DNA of 64,000 nucleotides from Pavona decussata (Eukaryota): NCBI GenBank assembly GCA_977016875.1, contig CDRNST010000233.1, positions 2,108,001 to 2,172,000 of the forward strand, read 5' to 3'. Shown piece by piece: positions 1 to 13,338 of this stretch (position 1 is its first letter; each line of letters starts with the position of its first letter). The notes under the pieces were generated by a model. It saw only the letters and a program-made list of their open reading frames with translations, ran no database searches and was not told where the DNA came from. The position numbers and the translations under genes were made by a program.

Positions 1-1357
1 GATCACAGAAAGTAATCCGATCAGATTTACGTAACAATTCCTGTATATGACTGGCGGTTTCCTTTTTTGAACAACTAAACAGCAATCCTCTTGTCATACA
101 CCAATGGTAGAGATTATGGCCGTTTGCCATACGTTCAAGAATTAGTCCACAATTCTAAAACGCGTCTAGTAAATGAAATCTTTTCTCGAGAGATGCTACT
201 CAAAACTCAAGAGACAACAACAAATAATTTTCACGAGTAAGAACGAAGAGTAAGAATAATAACCAATATTCGGTGAATGGTAGGTGCGCAATTATTAGTT
301 ATGGGCTTTCCAGATCTGTGCATTATTGATTCTAGATTTTTTTTTTTTACTTTCAGTCAATGCTTGGTTTATGTTATTTCTTATTGTCATTATTTAATAT
401 AATCAGCTCCTACATCTCTGTAAAACTTTTTGGTAGCTGTCCATTTCTGATAATCTTGATTACTTTATTTCGCACAGTCCTGGAACAAACAAAATCCAGA
501 TTATTAGCAAATGGCCATTGAGGTAAGTAGTAACTTGTTTTCAATAAGCAAACCCGAACCCCGATCGCCAAAAAGTGCGATTCGTTGCAAACAATACAAC
601 AAGAGTGTCTACCCCTATCTGCGTATGATATGCATAAAAATGGGCACGCTAGGAAGGCGGGGGAAGGGGGGGGGGGGGGGAGGGGAGGGGAGAGGGGATA
701 CCTGAGAAATTTCTATGATAGCATGAGAGGGATCCCATCCAATCATCATATTTACCCCGGAAATAGCAACCTTCCAGAAGTACGATAACATTTGGCGGTT
801 AGGAAATACCGAATAAAAAGCTAACGGATTTCAGTGACGTAAACTGACTCTGGCAAGACAACATGTGGTGGAAGCGACTGATCTATTGGTTAAGCAAAAA
901 CCGGAAAGGACGTCTGTTTTCGCAGGCTATATCCAAAGCTGTAAGCCATTGCTAGGAATGGCAAAGTAGTTTTTGAAATGTTATGGCAGCTTCTTCCTCG
1001 ATACATCAGGACGAGATTTTTTAAGTGTCAAGACAAAATGAATGACACGGACGAAAAGAGATTTTACTGGTCTTCACTCGTTCGTGACAGGAAACGGTCA
1101 TTTTAATTTTTGACGAAGCCAACTACTTGAAAACCAAATTAAGGTCAGGTAAATATTTTGTATTTTTAATGAAACGCTAGTCACGTTCAACTGTGGAATG
1201 CATGCGCAGTGCTCTGAAGTCATTCCGTTGAAATTATCTGCCACGATTATTGCGCCATCACAGCCTTATCAACTAGTACATTTCCAAATGAATGAAAAGA
1301 AGCAACAACAAAAAAAAAATCAGGTGAAACAAATATTGTGGAGAACTATTGAGTAAT

Positions 1358-1595
1358 AGGGAGTTTAAGCAGATACGACGATGACAGCGACGGGAACATC
1401 ATGAAACAATAAGTTTAATGAGAAAAACATTGCGCTGCGCGTGTGTTATAAATTTTGGTACATTTCTTCGCCGTCCTAGGCAAAACAACAAAATGAATCA
1501 ATTTAAGGTTTTGTGGAGAACGTGAGCACATGATGGCAAATTCTTCATTCTCTTTGTCAACTTGAACGTCGTTCCTACCAATTCTTTTCCAGGAG
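1358..1595. repeat. Interspersed non-autonomous repeat (related copy at ~26378-26775)
   Basis: Diverged similarity between the two loci (aggga...acgacg... / ggagaacg...cac...ggc/gaatt...ctaccaatt...cctgg). Confidence 0.45.
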
Positions 1596-2983
1596 TAGCA
1601 AGCGTTTCTGCTGTTTGCTCGTGCGCAATTCGAAATTAGGACGGCAGCTCAACCTTATCATGTACTTGTGGCGCTTCCCAAGGATCAGCTCTGGGCCCCC
1701 TGTTGTTTTAATTTTTGTTTTGCATAAATTAAAATGAAATCCGAACAGCAAAAATGGTAGAACAAGCGAAATTGACCGAACAAGCTAAGCCGAAGTTTGA
1801 CAAATGAATTTAAAAGCCTTTATTTTTTTAAGATTTGAATGAAAAAGTACACCCACATCAATAAATAAATCTCTTTCAAGAAATATGCGCGGACGATAAA
1901 AGAAAAATTATCCAAAAAGTTGAAATGTATTTTTTGCTTTTTTGTGGCTTTTTGGAGGCAGTCTGTGTAAGCTAATGCATTTTGAACTGTTTGGATACTT
2001 TAGCCGAAAACATTTTATTCTCCGAATTTACTAGCTGTTCTTGGCTTTACGAAGATGTTAGCTCACCTTTTTCGCATTTTTTAACGACGTGTTTTGCCCC
2101 TCCAGTGCTACGAAATTTTGGGCTGATATTTTAATTAGAAAGTTTAGATTTTTTTTAAAACTAAATCCGAGCTTCTGAGACGATTTACGTCTCAGAAGCT
2201 AAAAAGGTTTTCTTAAACCGTCTAGAACGTAATCATTTTGCTGGCTGTTGAAAGTAAACAGAGCGGGAAAGCTTTGTTTAGAACTGCACTAAGAATTAAT
2301 GTTTGACTTTGTTCATGTTTTTGAAAACCAGTTTCCTTTATCTTAGTTTGGTTAGAAAACGTCGGATTTTATACACGGACACCCTGTACAATACATGTTT
2401 TTTTCAGTGGACAACATCCTTGACTAATCATAAAATATTTAACTAACCTTAACATAACTTAGTAAACCAACTGTCCTGCCCAAGAATGCAAAACTTTAGA
2501 AAACTTCTTCACTCGAAAATCGAATGTATCTAAGCCGAGGACCTCTCACCATACCCTCCGATACCAATATACTAAAAATTACATTTTAACTAATGATATT
2601 ATAAATTAACGAGGTCGTTATAAAAATGGTGCTGATTTTTTAAATAGAGTTACAGATATTAGAAAATAAAGCAGAGTTTCGAAACGTAGTAGTTAAAAAC
2701 CATGTAAAGCAATATTTACACTTATGCTCTGGATGCAAATTTGCGTCGCTTTTATTCTACATGGCGCCGTTCGCTGCGAATAGAATCCGTTGTAGAATTT
2801 ATGAAACAAAATAACTTAACGGAGGCCCACTATAAAAAAAAAACATAAATAATAAATAAAATCAGTTGTTTCATGGTGGTAATCGGTACAGTTTTTCGTC
2901 TTTAGGTTTAAAGGTTAATTAAATTAAGTTATCAAGCGGCTTACGCTTAAACCGGCGGTAAACAAACTGTATAAAATACTCAC

Positions 2984-3276
2984 AATATTCCAGGGTTACC
3001 AGAGCATTTGAGTTCCAGCTTGGAAGTATCGCACTGGCATCCCGTGCAAGCTTGTCCTGACGTCTCTGAAGACGGTCGCTTATACTGACGTCTCCCGCTG
3101 TAATAATCGTTCCAAAATCCATACCAGTCCGTGTACCCTAAAGATGGATACCTGCTAGTCCAGTAGTTATGACCAAGAAATTTTTGCGAGCCATGGTACG
3201 GAATAGCGGCGGTTTTTATAAACACAATTGCTATAACTGGAAATACTATCAGTGCTTTGCTACAAAAGGACAGCAT
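2984..3276 (-). CDS. Putative first coding exon of a secreted Cys-rich protein (downstream exons not identified)
   Basis: ATG at 3276, hydrophobic signal-like segment (LIVFPVIAIVFIKTAA), Tyr/Trp-rich stretch, GRR and KR dibasic sites, then CxxCxC...C. The ORF runs into a GTGAGT donor at 2983 (phase 2). No matching next exon found. Confidence 0.35.
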
Positions 3277-4814
3277 TGTTGTGAAAGAGCACGTTTGGAG
3301 AGCAAATCTTTTAGGTTCCACGCACGTTTCATAACTTTGGTAAACATGCCAAGATTCTTGTGTTGCTATCCATAACTACAGCAAAGGTTAATGGATCTTT
3401 CGATTTCTTTTGTTGGTAACAGGTAAGCTGTCATCGCGAGTAAACAAATACCCAAATATTAGTTAAAATATTAACCCGGCCATTTACGTAGTAGTCACAT
3501 TTCAGCTGTATTTTACAAATTTCGTGTGTAGTTCTCGCAGAAAAAAAAAATAGAAAAGGACATCCTGAAACTGATTTGAATGTACCATACTTTTAAATGA
3601 CTTGAAATTAAAAAGTCCAATGAAGAGGCGTGAATAAAGGCAACGGCTTATCAAAAAGCATCCTGATCGACTCGCGAAGCGGCGACAACAAGTTATGGCC
3701 GAACGCCCGGGGGTGGGGGGGACTGCCATATACGTTGTATGAGCTATATGATGTGCCGCTGTGAAGGGTATGGTTTTCGGCGAGTTAACTCTTGAATAAG
3801 GAGAGGTTTGGACTACAATAGAGTATCATTTTCCGCGAAACTTATCTCGCCCCGCTTCGCTCTCGAGCTCTTTCTCCCTCCTTTTCACCCTATGCCAAAC
3901 TCTGGAAGCCTGTTCCATCACAAGCTATTTTGTCATTTTAAATCCCGCTTTTTGAAGAAGTTTATTTCCCTATCGAAGGTGCCGTCCGGCGGCTCACAGC
4001 TTGAACCTGTTCCACTGATAAAATTGAACAAATGATCACTGCGCAAAATTTGAACTGCTTATATCTTTATTTTATTACTCGAATTGTTTGTGCACAACCA
4101 GCTTGATCACCTCATTACAGTGGCGACTTGAAACTGCCGAAAACGCAGGCAGAACATTCGCATTTCGAGAGGCAAAACTTAGCTGTATTTGTGACTTTAT
4201 TTGTAGCTAACTACAAAGCATTCAAAAAGGGATTTGGAAATCATCTCAATGAATAATCTGCGTTGCGTAAGGCACTAGAAAGTGGAGGGAAGAGGGAAAC
4301 TCGCGGCTTCCCATGCACTCCGCGCGCGCGTCCGCCAACGAGCGAGAAAAACACACAAACACGTGCAAGAACCTGCCTAGGCGCGGCGCCTTCTTGTCCA
4401 ATCTGCTCACAGGAGGTAATTTGCGTGATCTTCAGTTGATCCTCACTCATGATCCCCGAAATTATTTATGTATTTATTCTTTTCTTGTTTGCGCTATGAA
4501 CGTGTCCAATAAAGCTGTTAAGTTAACACATTAAAATCAAATTAGAAAGAACTTGTAGTCTAGAGGGCTTTAAATCATACGTCTGAGCTGAGATGGGGCG
4601 GTCTTTCAAATGAGATTCATTTCATGTTTTTGGTTATTTTTTTTAGTGACCGCTAATCTTCCAGTTGTGGCTGTTCATCTTAACTGAATAACGATGGTCC
4701 TCCCCCCGCGCCCCCCCCCCCCCCCCCCAACAAAATAGGACTTTTCCAAACTGGTGTTTATTGTAACCATAATGTCTGTGTGCAATGGAGCTCAATGGGA
4801 AGGACTTTGCCTTA

Positions 4815-5080
4815 TTTTAGTATAAATCTACTAGCGTTCTACTACGAATACTGTTCTCTTATTGGCTACGCTTCTCACTGTCTATTCTGTTGTAGATAAT
4901 GGGTAGAGTGAGTAGCGCGTGGCGTAACCTATTTATATCATTACTCAATGAAAACGTGAACCTGTCTTATTGTTAAGCTTTGAACAACTACTAGATTTAT
5001 AATAAAACCATTAGATTATTTGCCCTCGACTTCTATGCGTGAAAGTTGATGACATTTCGAGCTCATAATCGAATTGTTTA
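4815..5080. repeat. Interspersed MITE-like repeat; inverted copies at ~10234-10510 and ~25470-25915
   Basis: Shared motifs ttttagtataaatctactag, attggctacgc and ctcgaaatttctatcgcgtga found in both orientations. Confidence 0.55.
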
Positions 5081-7355
5081 AAAGAAATTAACCTCATCGC
5101 CTCACGAAAGAAGTATTAAATTTTAAATTATCAGTATTATACAGAATTGCCTGGGATTGGCGGTTTTCCATTCATTAAGTGGTATCACGTTTTTGAAACC
5201 AAAGTACAGCAATCAGTGAAAAAATTTAACTGAGAATCACTGAACGCTAAAATATCACTGCGAAACAATTTTTCAATCCAACTGTTATTCAAAGATTATC
5301 CGTTACAAAACGCTGCTAACGATAAACAGAATTCTAACCTAAATTAAGACAAATGGTAAGAGTTTGATTAACAGTCTTCCGTAGGTGTGCGATTGCTGCC
5401 GGAAACCTTGGTTAGAAAACTATTAACTTTTGAAGCGATGCTATGAACGAAAGTCGTAACAGAGAAAAACCAGATGGGGAAATCAATCGATGATCAGTTC
5501 TTGAAAACGACAGTGTCAATATAGATTGATTATCGATTGCCCTCTACCAATCGATGCCAATTAACTACCGCCCTCCATTGAATGCCTCTATCAACCGACT
5601 GATTGGTCAGTCGAGTCTTGACGCCGCGCGTGAAGATCGACCTGACTCGCTCCTGACACGCAGGAAATCATAGGACACTCAACAGATTTGGATGCTGGAA
5701 TGACGAAATTAGGTATGTGTCTACTTATTGGGGTATTGCCACAGCGGAATTGATTTCTTTCTAATGGTCAAAGTTTGGATCGTTGTAGAGATATCACAGA
5801 AGTTACCTTCAATTTTCCTCCAGCCAAACTTCATTTCAAAAGGTAATATTCCATAATGACTTAATTTAGACCTCGACACATTCAGTGCAGTAGATTTATA
5901 CATGTTACATCAGTTTTGCGTCTGACTTTCAAACTTGATACACACGGCAAACAAACTGCTCTACAGATACTGCATGTTTCACCTATTACACTGCAGTGGA
6001 TCAGAAATTGCCTAATAAGTGCATTTTACGAGTTTTTATTACTCTAGCATAGAAACGAAGTTGTTTCGTTTCTTCTCACTGTTTGAATTAATTCTCGATT
6101 GGAAATGTATTCCAGACCAACAATTACTTTTTGTAATGGTTATCCAACTGAAAATTTGCAAGCTAGTGGAAATTCTTTGAGAATAAACAAAGTGTTTAGA
6201 GTCGGTATGATCGCTGTCCTCACACGTTTGAATGATTTAAGGTTAGTGACCCTTAGTACTGTCTGTTTATAGACAGCCGCTGTACGCCTGCATTCAACGT
6301 GATTCAATCTAATCTTATTTTTGACATATTTCAAATGAATTCATTTCTTCTTTAGAGGGGTAAACAGCATCAGACATGGATTAACTGCATACATTTTTTG
6401 ATCCACGTTTCTCGAATAAACGAAAGCAATTAAGGCGGAGGGTTTTGTCAGAGTTTTGCTAACGGGTTTAAGGTGTTTAAATGCGTTCAGTACATGATAA
6501 TCGTCGTGTTTTGAGTCGCAGTGAGGCAATCCCTTCTTTCCACGGTTAACTCTTTCCTAAACTCCCCACCACGCTCTATACCTTGTGTCTATTCCGTGAT
6601 CTTTCTACCCCATAAAATTAAGTTGCTACACCAACTCTTGTCTGCCACGCGACTCTCATAAGCTTGGCCTCACGTGATTGACTTGCAAGCAACCCTTCTA
6701 TAAAACAATAGAACAAACAACAGAAAAATACCCCAATTAGCTATGATAAAAACAATAATTATTACAAAGCTAACAAGCTATGAAACAATGGCAGCTGCTA
6801 GACAATTGATATAATGACAAACCTGTGATAAAAACATCCACTAGATAAAGCTAAAATAAGGTCTGATGAAAAAAGCATGATAGAGCCAGTTCCACATAGC
6901 ACGATGCTCGCAATACTTAAAGCAAGGGCATTCTCTTCTGCTGCTCCAAATCTCTCTTTTTTTAATTTTTTATCCAACAATAGAAGGCTTACGATACATT
7001 ATTAACAAAATAGAATGCTTATGAATACGTAAAATTTAAATTCATTAAGTATTTACACATTTTTTTGTAGTTACATAATTAGTTCAGATATGTGATGCGC
7101 ACGTGGTCTTCTTTGCAACAGCAGATAAGAATTTTTTTTACTAACAGCTTTTGAAATTGTAATGTGACAGGAAAAGGGGAAAGCCTTCTATTTTAGGACA
7201 TTGGCCGCGCGTCCTACAGGTCCAAATGTAGAATCTCGCGACCAAAACTAGAAAACAATGATATTTGTCTTGCAAAAGCTGGGGTTTTAAACCGATAACA
7301 CTTATCTGGCCCGATAAGTTACCGGTACTTCCAAGCAACGGGCCCCAGTTTCAGC

Positions 7356-7428
7356 AACCTCGTTCGCAGGGTCTCTCCTCTTCACGTCCCAGGGAGCAAG
7401 GAGAGGAGAGACCCTGGGAACGAGGTTG
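7356..7428. repeat. Short palindromic MITE (caacctcgtt...aacgaggttg)
   Basis: Terminal inverted repeats caacctcgttcgcagggtctctcctct / agaggagagaccctgggaacgaggttg. Related element at ~48918-49126. Confidence 0.65.
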
Positions 7429-7873
7429 CCCCTTCGGTTGCATGGCGAAGTTCCGATCATGACTACTAAAGTAGCACCGTTCACCTATTTCGAAGTAAAC
7501 ATCACCACACGTTTTTCCTTCCGGGGCTTCAAAAATGAAAAAATGATCACCGATTGTTACTTTGATACCTGATATCGCGGCTGTGATCCCGATCCCAGGA
7601 CAGTGATTCTTGATCCCACCCTTTTGATCTTTGATTCCACATACTTCGTTACGACTGTTGTATTTGGTCCTCGTGAATCAAGTTAGAGGCACACAGTAAC
7701 CAAGTTAAAACAGTTGGAGGGGCAAGGTTAAAGCTTTGTTGTTTTCTTTAATAAATACAGGCCGGGAACTGATGATTCCTGAAACAGACGGAAAACCATG
7801 AGTAATGTACCTCATTAATCTTCCTGTTTAGGATACGTCATCTGCAGCAAGTAAAGCTCAATTGTCTTCAGCC

Positions 7874-10800
7874 ATGCGCGTTTCCATTATCCTCCTAGTG
7901 TTAGCAGGATCCCTGTCTGCCGTTGGCGTTGTTTGTCTCATCACCGGCATTGTTCTCCTGACACGTGCTAAACAATGTGACGAAGCAGATACGGTTACTG
8001 ATCAATGTTCGTACTCTGATGAGGCCAGGCGTAGTGGTTTGGACGCGTTCTTCCAAAAAGTTCAAGACAGCTATTATCGACTGCACCCGAATAAGATCGC
8101 ATACAAGCCGGGAGTTTCATCGTATGAGATACGACAAAAATACCGGTCTTATAACCCTTCGCCGAGTAATATCAAACTTGTCACGGATGAAGCTTGGCGC
8201 CTACTGGATGAAGTAAACAAAACGGATTTGGAGTTACATAAACTTAAGTCCCGCGAAAAGAAAGCACTGGCCCAAGTAAAACATTATTTGCAGCACGTGT
8301 TCGGGGCACCCTATGATGTCAATTACTACGCTGGTGATTTTTTGTTGGGACCTAATGTTTGGTGTTGGCAGCCGTTGTGTGACGTACCGTATGAGATCAA
8401 AAGCAGTCTGCCTCATTTCAAGCCAAACAACACCAAAGACTTGGACAACTTGAAAAATAAGCTAACTGAGGTTAAAGAGACTTTCATTCAGTACAAGAAA
8501 AACATGGAGTATGGTGTGAAAGTTGGAATGGTTCGCTCCATAGAACCGTGTAAAGGAGGGATCAACGGACTGACCTCTTTTTTCCGAAAGATATCAAGTA
8601 AAGGGGCTTACGGTAAGGACTAGTGAAGGTTGTCACACCTTTCAAGTGCAACTATCCCCAAATTCCTAATTTCCCTGATCATTTGCGCGAAAAAGGTTTG
8701 AGATTGATAAAATCCTCGCGTTTCTACTTTCTTGCAAGCAAACAATAAGCAAGGAACCGCACAACGAAAATGCTGCAGGTATACGCAGGATCTGTAAAAG
8801 ATCTAATCAGCCAAAATATAAATGACTCAAATTTTTGCAAGGCTGGACTGCGTAGAAAACTTAATACGACAGCGACATGATAGAGACCAAACCGAGAATC
8901 AACAGATTGCGGCAACCGTGGACAGCTGTTGATTCTCGGTTTGGTCTCCATCATGTCGCTGTCGTATTAAGTTTTCTACGCAGTCCAGCCTTGCAGAAAT
9001 TTGAGTCTACTTTCTTGAGCCGCCACCGCCGCGTATTTAGGGACCTGGGTCGAGTTATGTTGTGACATCATCGAAGGAATAAACACGAATTGTTTGGCAA
9101 GAACTTCCTTCGATGATGTCACAGCTCGTCAAAACTGAACGAGGCCCATTCTCCCTTTACGCGCGGACGCAGGTCAAAGAGAAGCGAAATTTTCCAAATT
9201 TGAAAAATCATAAAAAAAAAAAACCGAGAAGAAAAGTTACGGCAACAAATTTTTAACCAAATTGATCAGGCCAATAAGGGGAATACGTTAAACAAAAAGA
9301 ACATTTTGAAGGTTAGTTGCGCTTTAAAGCAACTCTGAAATGAACTATTTCAAAGCAAAACCACCTTGGATGACCACCTTGGATAGGTAACTGAAAAAGG
9401 TACTTAGGACATTCATCTGTAAACAAAAAGTCCCTGACATCACAGGCCCTCAGCAGCGCCTTTAAACGTCTTAAAAAAGAGAACCTACAATATTACCCGA
9501 ATGTAATAGCGGGTATCTCAGTTAAATAAATTATCTTTCCCTCTCCCGCGCTGAACCACGGGTGTCTATCACTTCGCCCACATAACAAACTGTTGGTGTT
9601 ATTAATAATTGTTTGAAGTTTAATGGATCCAACTAATATTTACTATAATTTCACTTTACCACTGTATTTCCTCAAGGAATCTTCGAGGAGAGTTTTGTCC
9701 AACGCCTTCTCCAGCCAGAATTTATTGAGACACTTACGAACAATACAGAAGAAAGCAATTCGTGGGAAAGGAAACATGGAAAGTCTGTGAATGAATCTTT
9801 GAGAGAGTTTATTCTTGATAATATAGGGAAACCTATAGACGATCTCTTCACGTAAGTAAATTCTGGCGCTGATGTTAAAAGCGTTGGGACCAAAAACTAG
9901 CTCAGTTTAAGGAAAAGCAACGCGGGCAACATTTTCCTGCAACTTGCCACGGCCGCCCTGCAAATGCTGTGTTGCAAGTTGCGATCGTTTACTCTTCCTA
10001 TTGCTTTTCTTTTAACGCTGTGCAGACCAAACTTCAAACGGATAGGAAAGGGTTATAAAACTACTGTTTAGGGAACTTGACTCAACGGATGGTTCCCCAG
10101 GTTCACAGTTCTGGAAAACCTCTGGTGATATAACCCTACGATATTTTAGGTGTATTGTGCTGAAGACAATCGTGTCCAGTGTAGGTCTGATTAGGTAGCA
10201 ATTCGTGTGCTAGTTTGTTGTTAGCCTTACTATTAGATTACGAGCTCGAATTTCTATCGCGTGATAGTTGACGAGGACGAAGCCCGAATTCACGCAAAGA
10301 AATCGAGGGCGAATATTCTAATCGTTTTAGTATAAATCTACTGGTCGTTCAAAACTTAACAGCAAGACAGGGTCACGTTTTTATTAAATAGTGATATAAA
10401 TAGCTCACACTGCTAGGCTACTTACGGTAAACTCACTATGAACAACAGACTAGATCGATAGTGGGAAGCGTAGCCAATAAGAGAAGAGCATTCGTGAGAG
10501 AACGCTAGCATAAACAAAATAGGTTGCACCTTTGAAAAGGCTTTTAAGCGAGGAAAAGAAAGTCCTTTCCTGATAAATCCTGTTATCTAAATCCTAGGTA
10601 TCTCAGAAAGGTTCACATACAACACTGTGTGTCCATTAACGTGTCCAGCGGTCTCGCTTCACTTCCTCTCCCTTTCGTTTATGTCAACAATACCGCTGAC
10701 AAGTCAAGACCGACGAACAAATCGCTGCCAACAGGAGAAAAGCTAGATGGGAAGAAGTCGTATGAACAGATTGTGACATATTTCACGACAAATAGCATGT

Positions 10801-13306
10801 CCCCGGGTGAAATGAATAAACTGGGATTTGAGATGCTGAACCAACTCTATCCGCAGGTATGTGGTTACGATCATGGTAAAAGTTATAGACCAGATAAGTG
10901 CATTACATAAAGGAGAGGTGGAAGGAGGTCAACAGTTAAAAAACCCCCTTTGTAATCAGAAATGGACGCATGGACAAGGGATAGATTTGTCCAACCTGAA
11001 ATAACAGTTATTGTATATGGTCATAAGACCTTCGTAAGTGTTAGAACACACTGAATATTCTTTAATCTTTAGTTTTCATAGTCTCTCCTTTTCCTCTCCA
11101 TAAACTATTAACGTTACATTGTGTAATTGCACAGGTTCTGGAGATAGCAAGAATGGTGACAAAGGAAGCAGATAACGACACAGCTAAAGAGAAGTTTATC
11201 CAAAGATTGAATCAGTCTGACATGTACTTTATTCCAGAGGAGTTTCCGAAAAACGAGTCGGACGAGAAAGCACACGTTCGTTGCGGTGATGTGGAAGGTG
11301 CAAAGAAATATTGCCCTACAAGATGGCGAGCAATTCAAAAGTGGTTCGCCTTCTCTGAAATGGTCAGTGAATTAAGTTTATACTCTAAACATACTTGTTT
11401 TGCAACAATTAAGCAGATTTTGAGTGTTTTGAGCTTTTGTCGGAAGAAAATTAATTGACTAAGGGATCCTTGAAGACCGGCTCTAAACTAAAAGAAATTA
11501 GACTCTTTTGTTTATTTTACTGCTTTTTCAGAAGGAATACAAGACGTCCTTCAAAAACTCATTAATAATTCATAAGCCCATTGACCTATCAAATGGTCGA
11601 TAAGACATCACGTGTAGTGATTTTAAAACCTGATAAAATCTCCTCCTTATTAGTATGCGGTGTTTAATGTTTTTCGTATGCTAATTTCCAACGTTCTCAA
11701 AAGCATCATTGTTATGAACTCTATTGACACACGCTTTTCCAGGAATGTGTTTGAGGCCGTTCAAAAAACTCACAGTACGTGTTTTATCGGGTGGGTTAAA
11801 CACTGCTGTTAGTGTCTTAAACAATACTTAAAAATGACACCAAAATCTAATATTCTACCTGTTTCACCTATTCCATCTGTAATAAAAGCTAACAATACAA
11901 TCACACTTCTTAATATGGAAATTATATATGAAATTAATTAAAGAGGAAAATTCCTGCTTTGCAACTGAAGATGCCGTTCTGCGCGCTGATAAATTTTTTA
12001 AATATAAAGCGACCATCATTATCATCATAAAATCATTAACTAATTTACCTACTCCAACATGAAATGTAGAATGTTTCCTCCCACAGTACCGCAATGAGTC
12101 CTAAATTGTAAAATTCTTTTGCAGCTATGGAGAACTACTGTAAACGAACAAGAACTTAGTACAACATGGATTTTCTCCTTATATCTTGGTGTTTTAGTCC
12201 GGGATTCAGACGAGTGATGTGCGATTTCATATTTTTACTTGTTTTGGTACGGTTTCTCGCAACTCGAAAGCCATACAATACACTACTGAATACATTGTCG
12301 GAACCCGGTTGATACGGACACTAAGGAGACATGCCTAAGTGTCTGTTTTATCCAGGTGTCCGTATCAAACGGGCTCTTAGAAAAAACTTCACGCTAACAC
12401 ATGCCTGTTTATCGATACCAAAACTAAACAGTCATTTTTACGACAACAAAACGCTGCTTAATTTTAACTGTACAGACACTGAAACTGTAAATGTAATAGG
12501 TTCAAAGTAAAGAAACCTTACGCTTATTTATTTTAGTCTCGGGCTAAAATTACTTAATTGTTATTGAAACACGACAAACGAATAAAAGTTCTACCAACAT
12601 CAGCCTACGAGCGGCGGCTGAGGCTGATAGATCGATAAACAATGACTGCAACAAGGCCACGGAAGTCACTTTTGTGTAGGCATAGTAGGCAAAACACCAC
12701 AAGACTGATCAAACATGTCACACTACTGTGCTTTAGTAATAAAATTGTATTAATCCGTAGAAATCTATCCGATTATTTGAACAGGGTACAATGTAATTAT
12801 ACAGTGTGCAGATAACCAGTGTCCGTAAAGCAGGCTTGACGGTGTTTGAGAGTTTATCACTCGGGACACAGAAAAGTGTCCGTTTTCCGTGTTAACCGCT
12901 GTCAGCATTAAGCGGGTTAATTTAAGAGAAAGTATATGAGCTTTTCGTCGGGACAAACAAAATTGTCCGTAATATTCGAGTGTCCGTATTAATCGGGTGT
13001 CTGTAGGGCGGGGTTCCGCTATACTTGAAACAGGCCGTAAGATCTCCTTTTCCCGCATAGTCATAGATTGTGTAATTTACATCTGTATAAGGATTCACCA
13101 TCCTTACGTATTTTTAGAGGTTTTGTTATTGTAAAACCAAACCATTTCTAAAACACACAATTCGTTCCAATAAGAAACCCTCCTAGAAAACAAACTGTTC
13201 TCGAAAATAAGCACCTAAAACAAGTCCCTTGAATGAATAGTCGCCCACTGCTTCTGTCATTTCCTATTGCTTTGCCCCGGGGGTGGGACTCTCATATGAA
13301 AGGTGC

Positions 13307-13338
<32 letters not shown>

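Noticed and set aside
478-523. Possible + strand micro-exon (cag...GTAAGT)
   Set aside because: Good splice signals, but no partner exons or recognisable product.
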